Positions 51,407 to 64,000 of a stretch of 64,000 bases of DNA are shown one piece after another (positions within the stretch are counted from its first letter, which is position 1; every line of letters begins with the position of its first letter). The DNA comes from Acanthaster planci (lineage: Eukaryota). The position numbers and the translations under genes were made by a program. The notes beneath the pieces were generated by a model, which saw nothing but the letters and a program-made list of their open reading frames with translations, was not told the DNA's origin and searched no databases. The stretch lies in assembly GCF_001949145.1 (NCBI RefSeq), contig NW_019091356.1, forward strand, positions 1,615,667 through 1,679,666, in the 5' to 3' direction.

Positions 51407-53117
51407 AGAAATAGCAATTATCTGGCGTATACGGCAATGAATCAGCTCACTTGACTGATCATCAGTTGACAGAGCACCATTTCGTAGTTCTGGACACAGA
51501 GATGAATCCAGCTTAGAATCCTAACCCCAGCCGGGTCTTGCGGGATACTGAACCCTGGCTTAACACAGTGCTTCATAATTCACGAAAGAAAAAAAAAATG
51601 CACAGGAAACATTGTTGCCGTTGACGAACCAAGCAACTAGATGTCATTTATCTGAAGATTCTATGGATCATCAGTCTGGCCCTCCTTCACTTCCATTTTC
51701 CGCCCACTGTCGGAGGCATGAGTGATTTTCTTCTAAAAAATATGCAAAGCATGGTTCAACTGCCGATCCTTGAATTTATTTCAATTCCTGAGTGTTGATG
51801 AGAGGTAAAACCTTGTTAGTTGCGTTTGTAAATCCAAGCATTCATTTCCATTCATGTCAGGCAAAGTCCACTCCAATAATGAAGAGCCCTCCCCCTCAAC
51901 TCCGGCGTGACATGAGCCGGTTTCCCCGAACTATTTGTTTAAAGTTTAACAGACGGATAGCGAGGGCCGGTTCGTTGGTAACCTTCATCGTGTTCGATTA
52001 CCTTCCCCACGCTTACTCGGGTAAAGCGCGACTGTGTAAGATTTGACACTCGCGCGACTTTTCGCGCTTAACCTGAAGGCTTTGTTCACAACAATTCCTG
52101 TTTTAAGGTTATCCTGAAAGTATACACCAAGCTATTTGGAGACATGGCTCAAAATATCTGTCTGGTACCACGCGTTCAAACAAGGACTTGATCATGGCAA
52201 TTACCCACTCGTCAGCGAGGTTTCATCAACGGGATTTTTTCCCCACAAAGCAACAATTGCTGACCATCGCTGGTTTAAAAGCGGGGCGTCGGGGACTTTG
52301 GCCAAGGGAATGTTTCTTTCTGGTTGGACAATGTCATTAAAAGGCCCCCGACTTATCACGACGGTTCTGCAAATTCATCGTTCATGTTGTGTGAGATTTG
52401 ATTGAATGGCTTTCCTCGGGGGAAATACACTACTTTTGTCAAAATGTCAAAAGTCTGATTCTCGTTGATAGGTATGAACGAGCAACAAAAGATAAAAAAT
52501 ATAAGAAAGAGAGAGAAAGAAGGTAAATCAGTGGCTTCAAAAAGAAACAAAATGATAAGTGATGCTGCCTCATTAAATTTGAGAGTCGGAAGCAGGTTGC
52601 AAATTCGACAAATTAACAACGGATGTTCAGCAGTATATTTAAGGTTCTACCCTATCAAAAATAAAAGGGTAAACGTTTTCGTGGTCACGTGAACATAAAT
52701 TATGCCATATCCGTGCCGGCTTCAATAAACTTAACGACCTATCGTGCCCACATCTGAAGACTACAGGGCTCCTTTACCCTAATGCGACATATTAACAGAG
52801 ACATCAAGGGAATGGACGTGTGTTGGCTTCAGCGAGTGACTTCCTAGAACATGCGCTACTTCACATTAACATGACTTCACCAATAGGTGCTCTCATCGTT
52901 TTAAACATGATGTCCAAAGACCATTATAGGTCTAAATAATCAGAATGAATTGACTCATGAGGGAGATATCAAGTGACAACACACACCGTTAATCATTTGG
53001 AACATGAGTGAATGCTGACTAGATGTTCATAACAGTAGAATTCGATGCAAAGCGAGAGTGCAGGACCTAAACTGTTTGACTTCAAGGACATCCGACTGAT
53101 CTTGGACAGACTAAGCT

Positions 53118-53232
53118 CTAAGGCATCTTTCCATACGCGTCAACACTTGCGCCAAGCGTTGTGTAACCGTCAAAAATTGCTCCCAGGCAGATTTTGACGG
53201 TCAAACGCAACGCACACGTGTATGTTAGGTTA
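53118..53232. repeat. Short foldback / MITE-like inverted repeat
   Basis: gcgttgtgtaaccgtcaaaaattgc pairs with gcagattttgacggtcaaacgcaacgc, and outer catacgcgt pairs imperfectly with acgtgtatg. Confidence 0.55.
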
Positions 53233-56200
53233 ATGGAGTCGATTCCAGTGTCTGTGAAAGTCATGCGCATGAAAACATCGTATATGCAGCGCACCGAAAA
53301 ACGTACACATGGAGAGGTGCCTGTACCCTAATGGCCGGTCTTGCTTAAGTTCAAAGATCAACGATTGGACACAGTGCAGTGGGCAATGCCGAATGAAAGA
53401 AGGACTGAGTCTTCTGGCGCCCAAAAGAGCACTCTAAATTCTTCGACAATTCAGAACCGAGGGATTTTAGGTTGCAACTTTCCAAATTACCATCATAACC
53501 TGTCTTCTGAATGCCAGTGTATCTTTCGGGTTGTAGGCTTTGGAGTAACTCCCCTTCGTACAAAATCAATCTTTGCTCCATTAAACTTTCCGTAATTCAG
53601 TGGCAGAAAAAAAGTTTCTCGAAGCACTAGGCCCAACTGTTACTATAAAAAATTTACATTTTACTGATATTTCCCTAAAGTTCGGAGTTTATATATCATG
53701 ACGTTATATATTCAAACTATTTATCGTAGCGCTTTTCCATTGACACGTTTCCAGTGCGCATCACGTCTACATGCGTAAATTGCGGAGAGCGTTCTTCTCT
53801 ACAAGAATGAAACGTGTACAACGGAAGCAGGATACGAACACGATACGGATCAAATGCAAAATGTACTTATGGACAGACTGTCTAGGTCGATCAAATTTAT
53901 CTGCCTTGTGTTTCTATTACACGTGGCGTTCGGGTCGCACGCGATTCAAACACCGTGGACACAATAATATAGGCCTACGTATTTCATAGTATTCTTCGTC
54001 AAGGTAATGACATGCCTTTATGCGTACCCAACAAGCTGTAAACAAAACGCTTCAAGTTTGTCCGTGAGTTAGTCTAGTTCCAGATGATTACACGGAGATC
54101 AATCTTTAGTCAGTTCATCAATTTCGTATTATTCTTCATTAAGTGCGACTCGAAAGCTCAATGACTCGCACAGGTGGGAGCAAATTGATTAGTACTGTTC
54201 GCTGAGGTTGGTAGAGCTATAACCCGCCTTGCTGACGTTGATGAATCGCCTATTAAGTCTGATCTTCAAGGAAGCCCAACTATTCGCTGATGAAAATCCT
54301 GGCCAGGGCAAGATGGGCGCGCTCCTCGGCACGTAGCCCGGCAACTCCCACCATTTTTGGTGTAAACCGCACGCGCGCGGGGCAATTGGCTACGGCGCTG
54401 CCCGGGCACGCTCCTTGGTAACCGGCGAAACGCGCCCAAACCGTGATGCCGCACCACCCAATCACATCTCCGGAGTTACACCAATGAACAGAGTGTTTGT
54501 GCTGCCATTAACAACCGTCGAGAGCTCAAGAGGAAGGCGAAAAAGGAGGCATTTCACCCTGTTTGCTTTGTTAATTGAATCAAGACAGTTACAAAGGCCG
54601 GAGATTCTTTCTCTACGACGAGAAAGACCCTTTTTCGGGAGAGAGAAAGACTTCTTAGCAGGGAATTGCTTTAGAGCTAAGTAAGAGAAATTGAATTAGG
54701 AAATACCCGTGTTGAATGTGGATTCCCAAGGGAACTCTGGCGGAGAGATTGACTTTATTATTCATAAATAAATCAATTAAGCTTTTGAAGGACCGCATTA
54801 TCTAGCTGATCCTTGTTAATTCTACAGTTTGGTAAGCTCTTAAGCAATTATTTGAAAGACCCAGGAAGCTCTACTCAGCTCTTTACTTCTGATTATTGTG
54901 CAAAACGTACATCCATATAATCTTTCTTTTTTTTGTTAATATAAACCGGTTTAAACATTACAAAGTGTTGGAGGATGCTGAAAAAGCATCAAACAAAACC
55001 CACAAATATCAATTTGCCATACAAATTGTGACATTTTTTCCTAACCCTGACACATTACTGTAGTCGTTACTTCAGATAGGCCTATAAACAGATACCATTA
55101 ATTTCAAGGCAAAGAGAAGCATGATCGTTAATTAAATCAACAATTAACACTGCATAATAGGAAACAACAGTTTTTTTACGGAATATAATAGCCAAAAATA
55201 ATACAAGGAATGTTTCAATTCGAAATTGCTTTGTTGTTGCTATCAGTTGATCGGTCAAGGATTCACCTAATAGAAGCCTGTTTGTGGTTCAGGTTGGATA
55301 GATTTCTGATCTTAATTCTCTAAAGACTGGTCTGATGACGTTCCAACAATGTAAGACACAGAATAGGAGACTACGTTAATACCGGTACAAAAATGCGTCG
55401 GTGCACCTGTGCGCACTGCATTGTACACAAAATTTGTGCCGAATACGAATAAACCTGGAGTTAGTCTTTAATGGGATTTTGAGCCCAGGAAGAGAAAGTA
55501 TCACGATACTAGGAGTAAGACCTGGTACCTCAGAGAACTTCATTCCAGCAACAGGGATTTGTAACAGAATAGGGTAATTACGGGTAACAGATAACATCCT
55601 ATATTTTACGGCCAGAGTCAATATTGATTCCTCCCCGTATCCCCGGTATTATTGTAAGAACTCAGGAAAGGGAAACCTGCTGGCATCTTCAAATCAAACC
55701 CGTCGTCTTGGCTCGCAGCGTATCCTCAGATAACATCCTCTGTGTTTGATCAAACCGAGAGGCTCGGTTTGTGGAGAGTCTGTGAGACTCACGCGTAAAA
55801 AAAGCGTGCTATCTCTCCGGCGTTGCCCGGTACATATCGTCTTGGGCCTACCGGGAGACACGGAGCCATCGGGGGCAGCAAAAAATTACTTGTGACATGA
55901 CCGATCACCGTGACGGTTTTTCGCCGAAAATGAGCGAGAAATCATATACTTTTGGGGATCCCACAGTCACGCGAGGGAAATTGATTCTGACAGTGACTAG
56001 GAAGATTTCCTGTTGCGGAGGGCTGATTTTAGTCCTCATTTTTTGCCGCATAATGATGAACCCGAGCTCAAAACCGCGTGAGATCGTGTCCAGGCTTGCG
56101 TCAAAAGCCCCCGGACTTAAAAAGGCAATTTTCCGGCGATATATTATTACTAGGGCCAGTTATATTCCACGGAGGAAATGGAAAGAGCGGCCAGGAGTCC

Positions 56201-57989
56201 ACGACAGGCAGTCTCGCGGAATATTTTAAGGACTCAGCAACGAATGCATATAAATATTAATAGACTTCTGCAAAACACTTAGAGGAGGAAATCGATCCAA
56301 TTTTTTTTCACATGAAGAACAATTTCTGATAAATGGTGGGCATAAATTTCATGGCGTGTATTTTTGAATCACCTCCGCAACTGGCACGCAGTGGCGCTCT
56401 TAGCCTTTATATTTCTCACTTATGAATTTTCCAATGAGTCTATTGCTAAAATTGAACAGGAACATGGAGACACACGCAGGCAGTGTCATATTTTCACCTC
56501 ATTTCCAAGCTCAATCCCTGCCACATTTCATAGCTGGCTGTGTCACCATACTGCTCCATCGATCGACTCGGATACCCCGACGAGGGCCGACAGCGCTAAT
56601 CACACAGCAATTTCACACGAACAATATTCGCGCCAGAGAGTGGCTTGGGAACCTTTCATGCCGACACATTCAACACTATCCACTTTGAACATAAAAAAAA
56701 CACCACTACACATAATTAACAGGCGAAATAGCTGTCGGTTAGAAGAAAACATCCTTTTTGTAAGGCGCGATTCTTGATCTTAAACACGTAAGACGCCCAA
56801 AACCAAATAAACGGTACAACCGATGCTATTGTAAATGGCACATTTTCGGCTGACCCTCAAATTGCTCGTTCCGAGACCGGAACCCGGGGATGGATGCATG
56901 CCACTTTACTACCGTAAGTCAATAGAATACAAGCCGTTAGCTGCATTATTCATGGTCGTGTGCTTGTTGCCCACAGTCATTGATTTTATAAGGCAGATTT
57001 TGTCCTCTGCGAGCCAGCGTGGAGATAGGTAAATGAAAAACGGACGGTTACACTTTAACTGGATCCACTGTAAACATCTCTCCCCCATAGCAACGGTAAA
57101 ATTATCAGGAACGAAATGTTTTATTCAACCTCGGCACAGTCTGAGATCGCTTACTTCAAGCCAAGGCAATTAGCGGAATTGTTTTTTGAAACACTCTCTT
57201 CCAGAAGGCCGGATCCAAATCTGGAACAAGTGCTAGAGGTCTCCAAACGGGGCGAATGTTTCGGGAAGTTTGTCGCGTAAAACTGATAATGTTCCCCTTC
57301 GATACTAAGTGACATTTTCTAGTCATTTTTGTCTTGTCCACCAAATGTATCGACACCCTATACATTTTGCCCAAACCTTAAACAAAATAGAAAAGGAATA
57401 TGGAACACATGATCTTCACCTTTCGAGAGAGGGACACAATGAAAATGGACGGTCCTGCGAGAGGAAACTTCCCTGAGGTTCAAGAGAATCCTGTAAGTGC
57501 CTAAGATCGGCTTTTACTGAAAACCGTATCACCCCCCCCAAAAAAAAACCACATCCCAAATATTTCCACAGTCCACATAAAAATGCACCAAATGGGTTTA
57601 AAAAGGCTCGGGATATGGATTATGGTTATTATGATGCCCTATTTTTTTTCATTCTCATGCAGCAATCAATTTTAAGAACTAAAAACGTGGAGGCCTATAA
57701 ACCTTTATCACGATGCTGCCATGTTTGTATTGTTCCCTTTAGACACACTGGCGACAGTAATACAACTTCACATACTGAAAAAAGGATCAAACTATTTTCC
57801 CTTCGAGCCTCAGTTTGGTTACGTTGCTTTGAACGGTTTAAAAAAGCAAGATGGCTGCCCCATGATAGAGGTCTACAGCAAACGCTACGCTGCGGTAGAG
57901 TCAGTTTCCTTTCACGTATCTTTCTTAAACGCTTTACCTCGTTAGATATTCCATAAAACCTTCTTTCGGAGAGTGGACAGGATAAGACC

Positions 57990-58852
57990 TTCTCTTGGTA
58001 ATACATCAAAATTTCCTCAAGTTGAACGCAACAAAAACTGAGTTCATAATTCTGGGATTTAATCAACAAATCAGGAAAGTGCCTATTCATCATTGCAGAG
58101 TTGGCGATGGGCAAATTAGATCTTCTAAATGTCCGTTACTTGGACGTGATGTTCAATTCGGCCATGAAAATGGACTGTCGGGTGACGGCAATATCTAAGG
58201 CTGCTTACATGTCAATTAGGAACACTGGAAGAATATGGGATCATCTGACAAGGGCCCATAAAGGGAGCTGCCGAAACCATTGTTCATGCTTTCATCACAT
58301 CCAAATTGGATTCATGCAACTCGCTCCTCTATGGAATCAACAATCAACTCCTCTCTCGTCTTCAAAGAATACAAAATATTGCAGCACGAATGATCACACG
58401 TACAAGGAAAACAGACCACATCACACCCATGTTAGCTGACCTGCACTGGCTTCCCATCCAACAACGAGTCCAGTACACACTGTGCCTCATCATCTTCAAG
58501 ATCCTACAGGGTGATGCTCCAGCTTATTGGGGTGATCTTGTCCAGTTCTATGCTCCAGGTCATCGGGATTTGCGGTCATCCAAAAGCAATCTACTCAAGG
58601 AAACTATGGCTCATTAGGGGGGGGAGAAGCTTTCAGATTTGTGCACCCAAACTTAAAAACTCTTTACCAGAATCTGTGAGACCATCGAAATCACTTGACA
58701 CATTCAAGGACAGATTAAAATCATATTTGCATAGACAGGCGTTTGGTCAATTTCCCTCAACTTATCATTATTGGATGTCTTTGCTTATTAGCGCCGTGAG
58801 CGCCGTTTGCGGCGGATACTGGCGCTCTATAAATGTTCATTATTATTATTAT
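57990..58852 (+). mobile_element. 5'-truncated, decayed non-LTR retrotransposon (L2/CR1 group), 3' end of the RT ORF2 with (TAT)n tail
   Basis: Frameshifted peptides NFLKLNATKTEFIILG, VRYLDVMFNSAMKM, LDSCNSLLYG..LQRIQNIAARMITRTRKTDHITPMLADLHWLPIQQRVQY and RSFQICAPKLKNSLPESVR...FKDRLKSYL are typical of L2/CR1 ORF2 C-termini. It ends in ataaatgttcattattattatt. Confidence 0.9.
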
Positions 58853-61428
58853 GCACTTGCGAAAAAACTCCATCGTGCGCCTTTTCACAAGACAATAATC
58901 TGTCGTAATTACATGCCACTAAAAATCCAGTGCCTCGGGGCCTGCAGAAGACCACACTAAGTGTGAACGAGCTATCTTGATTGAAGATCAGAAATAAAAA
59001 TACCAGTTATTTTCAAAAAGCGGTCTATAATTACAACAGCGGCATGACATTGACGACAAATTAGGTTTCACGCGTGCTTCGCGGAGTGAAAGGTCTCGAT
59101 GACCTTGCGAGGTGAGACCTGACGTGCCTGATCTCAATGTCCTCTCGGACGTACATTACATTGACACAACTATCCGTCTCGAGCTGAAGCACCCCCCTCA
59201 TCGGTTGAAAAGAGCCGCGTTGGTCGGGAGTGTTCAATTTGTGGGTACTGATGCAACTATGACGCGTGGATTTCCTTGTCGTTCGTGGACCAGCGAAGTT
59301 CAGTTCTCACCAGAGGAGCCTCCGTTGCTAAGAAAATAACACCCTCTCTTGGTACAGCTCGAGGCTCATTAAGACTTGCATTCAACACCCCCTCCAAAAG
59401 AGACTTCACATATTTCTCGTCTTCCTAGAGAAAGAAGTACTTTGGTTACCAGGCGCATTAGGGCGCCGATGTAAGTTGACTACAGTATCATCGAAACCGA
59501 AACCGGGTCCAAAAGCTGACAAACACACGGGGTTTACTGCACATGAAGCTGATTCAAACACAGAGCATAGTAGAGACGAGTTGGGGGATGCATCATAACA
59601 TGAACTATGAGTGAACAGGAAGGTTTATGTAACAACATCCAAGACTTATTACGACATTTTTCGATTATGGCTTTATATACCACTCTTATGTTGCCTACAA
59701 GTTGTGTTGGCAGGTGAGGCTTGCAGAAATATCGTCTTTTGGTTGGTTTTTGGTTTTACCTCCAGTTTGTCTCATTGATTTTATATAGGGTTGCATTTTC
59801 ACTGAGTATTCAGAAGTGTGTGTGATGTTATCTGGTGTTCTGACAGCTGGCCATAGACACTGAAAGATACCTTGCTTCAAGCTACCATCGCATTCTTCTT
59901 AAGAGTCTCTCAATCAATGTCGTCTTCTGTGAACGACGAGGGCTTCCTTGCAAACCCTAAATCTGCCCATACGAACCTAATACCATTAACAACATGATCT
60001 CCTTGTGCTTTTCATTCCCTATTGTGTTTTTGTTTCCATACACGTCAAGCCTCACTGACTTTCCCGCGGCAAGCTCGCCCGGGAACGCTATGTGGATTAC
60101 AGCACCACAATGGCGACGGGAGAATGATTTATGGAAACCGATCACAAACATGCCTGATCACAAAGAAGAAAGTGTAAAACCAAGTAGCGACATTATCTGT
60201 ACTACTGATCATCATCAACATCCTCGTCGTCATCCCCTTGTCATTTTTACAGTTTTCTGTCACCTCCAGGCTTGTTCAGAGATGACGTAAACTGTCATCC
60301 TCAGTGTAACATAAAGTAGTACAGTATAGACTGCGGAACGATCTTAACCAACATGCTCGACAACTACGGTACAAAATGATTGAACCCACTTCACCGTTAG
60401 AACCGAGTCGTTCAGAGAAAAAAAAATATAGAAATCTTCTTGAAGTGTTCAATTACGCGCATTTGTTTTGGGGTACACTGAAAGTTAAACGACTTCGCAA
60501 TGATGCGTCCTACATGACAATGCCCGTTTAAGCTGTTTGTTTGCAATGGTTGAGATCGCAACCGTCAAAATATTTTCTTTTTAAACACGCCAACAGTGCG
60601 AGAAAAGTGAGTGAAAATGTCACTTAAAAATAGAATCAATGAAAGAGAGGGGTTGGTTTCTTGTATTATCACAGTTCGGGTACAACAGAATAGTATGGAA
60701 AGGTAAACGTTGCTCCAAACAATTAACGCACAAGGCGCAGCTCATTCGAGACTGAATTCTGTGCTGTGGATGGGAACGAACGCCACCTTTAGTGACACTG
60801 AACACAGAAAACTTCCTTTGTCACACGGGAAGGCCAGACTTTTGGAGGTTGCTCACCAGCTGGATTAGGGGACTGGCTTACTGGAATGAGAGGTGCACGT
60901 TTAGTGCGATGGTTGAGGACGTCTGATGACGTCTCGTGCTTTTTACCCGAAATAGATCTGTGCATAGTTGCCATGGTTTGAACGTGTGAGCGTCAAATCG
61001 TACGGAGTATGTCAATATTGACGCTTACTCTTGGAAACAGAAACAAAACTGCCTGGTGATTTTTTTCCCAGTCAGCGTCGATGAGTTTGAGGGTATGGAC
61101 GTGAAGAGAATTTTGTGAGCTTGCGTACAGTATACGGACCAGCGTGGTGCGTGGTTCCACACGGATAATGAGGATGTAGGATCTGATGTGAGCGCAGAGT
61201 GAATGTACGGTGACGACAGGTGAATTACAATATCACTTTAGACGGACGGATGGCGCAGACAAGGCAGCACATGTCAGTGGAGAAACCGCTCTATCTGATG
61301 TCTTCTAGGTTTCAACGCGCCGTAATGAACATACAACACCGACGCGCCGGTTAGTGCAAATTGGAACTTATGCATATCGCGTGAGAATGAGACTCAGACT
61401 CGAGACTATCCAGTGGCGTATTTATGCC

Positions 61429-62158
61429 ATGATTTCTAGCGATCGGTCGACTTTGGTGTGCGTCTGCATTCTCTGGACGGTTCTCGATCCGTCCGTGGCC
61501 AGGAAGATCAACCTGGGGTTGCTGTTCCCGTGGGAGGGATCCAATCCCGTGGGCTCCTATGGTGGGGGTGCGGCTGCAATAGCCGTGGACAAGGTCAACT
61601 CGGAAGGCAGACAGGAGTATGGGGCCATCCACGCCGCCGGGCTGGAGTTCGACTACATCTGGAGGGACACCAACTGCGAGACCAAAGTGGGCTTGCCCGT
61701 CTTCAGCGACTTGCACTACGAAAACGAGCTGGGGGTGCCGATCGATGCCTACATCGGCCCCGGCTGCAGCATCATCTGTGAGCCTGGGGGAATACTGGCC
61801 GCGCACTGGGGCACGCCCGTCGTCTCCTGGGGCTGCACCTCAGACACGCTGTCACAGAAGGAGACCTACCCGACCTTCGCCCGCACCACCAGCCCCAGCA
61901 AGTTCGTGGCGCCGTTCTTCACCCGCATCATGCAGCACTTCGGCTACGACCGGGTGGCCATCATCTACTCCTCCCACCATCTCTGGTCTCTGACGGCTCA
62001 GAATATCAAGACGGACCTGGAGGAGAACGGCATCATGGTGTCGGTGTTTGGTCAGTTCGAGCCGCTGGAGAAACTGGCTGAGGCCAATAAGGCCAACATT
62101 GAGAGAGAAGCTCAGAACAAGAAGAAACAGCTCGAGGATGCAAAAGAGCGTTCAAGAG
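61429..62158 (+). CDS. First coding exon of a natriuretic-peptide-receptor-like membrane guanylyl cyclase (ANF-receptor ligand-binding domain); the gene continues beyond the window
   Basis: Signal-peptide-like TLVCVCILWTVLDPSVA, then INLGLLFPW..GGGAAAIAVDKVN..WRDTNCE..IDAYIGPGCSIICEPGGILAAHWGTPVVSWGCTSDTLSQKETYPTFART..MQHFGYDRVAIIYS. GC3-rich codons. Acceptor at 61308, GCCATG at 61429 (alternative ATG 61387), phase-1 donor AG|gtttgt at 62158. The cyclase domain is not in the window, so a class C GPCR-type fold relative cannot be fully excluded. Confidence 0.85.
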
Positions 62159-63574
62159 GTTTGTAAATATTGTACATGATCATGGGAAAGCTCAATTTCC
62201 ATAATTGCTTCACCAGACAAGTTATCACTCTGTTACCTGCTAATTTATTTTATCACTAAATTACTGCTGGACATCTAACTTCCATAAATTGCTGTAAATA
62301 TCACCAAAAATCAGATTTTCTGAATAGAAGACTCACAACTGTTATGGGTACATTTTAAGGGAAAAAAATTCATCCCAACATTTCAAATTAGAACACTGGC
62401 CTTAACGCATTGGACACCATCACATAAATCAAATCAGATCAGATCACACCCGATCAAAATATATCAACGAAAACAAATTTCGATCTAAGCTTATAAACAT
62501 TCATGTATTTAAGACTGACAACGATTTACCCTGCAGCGACCGACCGCTTTTGCAGTTAAATCCTAACAATGAGATCGCTATAAATACGTTACCAGGATAA
62601 TTTTAGGTCAACACCTTTGAACTCTTCGTGTTATGCTCCTGAAAATGACGAGGTACATATAATTGGTGAAGTCCCAAATATGAAGAACCTTCTCAGAAAG
62701 AAGCGTAGCGGTAGATGACACTGGATTTAGTACACAATTTAATAAAGAACGGAGCAATTAACCTTTAACTTGCAAACTCTCCAGAACCTTTCAGTATGAA
62801 ATGTCCTGTTTCTGCCGCGATATAACAGAAAGGAGCAAGAGCATGAGGCATCCTAATTCAGTTTGTGATCGGGTTAGACAAGACAGACTACGGTATGCCC
62901 AACCACCCGAAATTATACACCGTAACAAAGTCCTTGGAAGGAGACTAAATGGCCTCTCAAAGACAACTGACACCCCTGTGACATGTCGAAAGTGCTAGCC
63001 GAGAACAAAATAGTAAGAAAACGAGTACATTGCCATATCAACGGTTAATCATCCATTCAAAATAAGTCATAGCAAACTGTGGACAAATATAGAAGGGCAT
63101 TAAAGAAAATGCAAGTACAAGTATATTTGGGCTGATTTTTTTCCTAAATAATATTACACATGCATAGAAAATGGCAGATTGACGGAACAGGAAATGTTAA
63201 AACTTTGCTGAAGTTAAATTGTCTATTTTCGTGAACTCGGTTTAATGAAAAAAATTCTAGGACTGATATTATTATATATTAACCAAAAAGCCACCACCAC
63301 CTTGCATTATTTCTTCCCGACATTACCAAGCAAAGTGCACTTTTCCATGTGCCGTACAAACTCTGATGAACGAGCAATCGGTCAAAGCTCAGCTCAGATC
63401 GCGTCCCTCGGACGGCCCGCCCCGTTTCGGATTCCTCACAACTTGTGCCAATACTAACCAGGGCAGGGCAAAAAATCTAAAATTAATTAACATCTCCCAG
63501 GCTCAAATCCATCCTTGGAAATAGTTGTTCGCGCCACCCGCTGTTGCATCTGACTCGAACCAGCAAGCCGACAC

Positions 63575-63730
63575 CACCAAGCTCGGTGGTTAAGACGTCT
63601 GCACTAGTAAGCAGGAAGTCGTTGGTTCGAATCCCACCTGAGTACCCTTGTGGTTTTTTCACAAGCCTTACGGGGGCAAACACTGAGCATACAGTGTAAT
63701 AATACACGTCGGGCAGGGCAAAAATCCGAC
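63575..63730 (+). mobile_element. tRNA-derived SINE
   Basis: A-box-like gctcggtggttaagac, B box ggttcgaatcc (63624-63634), a non-canonical anticodon arm and no complete acceptor stem, followed by a non-tRNA body ending gggcagggcaaaaatc. Confidence 0.65.
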
Positions 63731-64000
63731 ATTAATACTAACCTTATTGTGCTGTCGATTTGCGGAATCCATAAAATTTTGTATCGAGGAACGAGTTTTA
63801 AAATCAGGAACGTAAGTATCATGACTCTTGCCATCTTACAAGATGATGTAATGACAAGGGCAAATCAAGAACTGAATATTTCACGGGATAAAACTTTTGT
63901 GATCTATACATTTAACATTGTATTTCCTTTCTGACCCTAACCCTAACCCATCTTTTCATTTAACATTTTATTTACTTTCTGATGTGTTAGGCTCGATTTG

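Noticed and set aside
13441..62158. Functional cluster of TIR NADase, GAD and receptor guanylyl cyclase (neuronal operon-like system)
   Set aside because: Adjacency in an animal genome is not evidence of a shared pathway. The genes are divergent or widely spaced and appear to have different CpG signatures; conserved microsynteny would be needed.
63575..63645. Functional tRNA gene
   Set aside because: A and B boxes are present, but the anticodon loop is irregular and the acceptor stem is incomplete; it is better explained as a SINE head.
63933..63950. Telomeric repeat (ccctaa)
   Set aside because: Only about two units, which is common in interspersed repeats; not a chromosome end.

Overview
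Eukaryotic (intron-rich, invertebrate animal) genomic DNA, not prokaryotic. Nearly all ORFs in the supplied track are spurious or are exons extended into introns. Three spliced protein-coding genes can be reconstructed by hand using GT-AG sites and phase matching. (1) Minus strand, 13441->468, 10 coding exons, about 722 aa: a Q-rich N-terminus, armadillo-like helical repeats, a TIR (TIR_2-type) domain that keeps the putative catalytic Glu (SPNCRTEAEYA), a P/S-rich linker and a C-terminal SAM-like domain. These are the SARM1 building blocks in a different order (ARM-TIR-SAM), and this gene is the most interesting object in the window. (2) Plus strand, 29275->47877, 15 coding exons, about 588 aa: a complete PLP-dependent glutamate decarboxylase (GAD). 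(3) Plus strand from about 61429: the first coding exon of a natriuretic-peptide-receptor-like membrane guanylyl cyclase, which runs off the window. Introns and intergenic DNA contain minisatellites (42, 51 and 14 bp units), several MITE-like inverted-repeat elements, a decayed L2/CR1-type LINE and a tRNA-derived SINE. CpG content appears by eye to switch from depleted to normal at about 19-21 kb. No rRNA, functional tRNA or CRISPR array was found.
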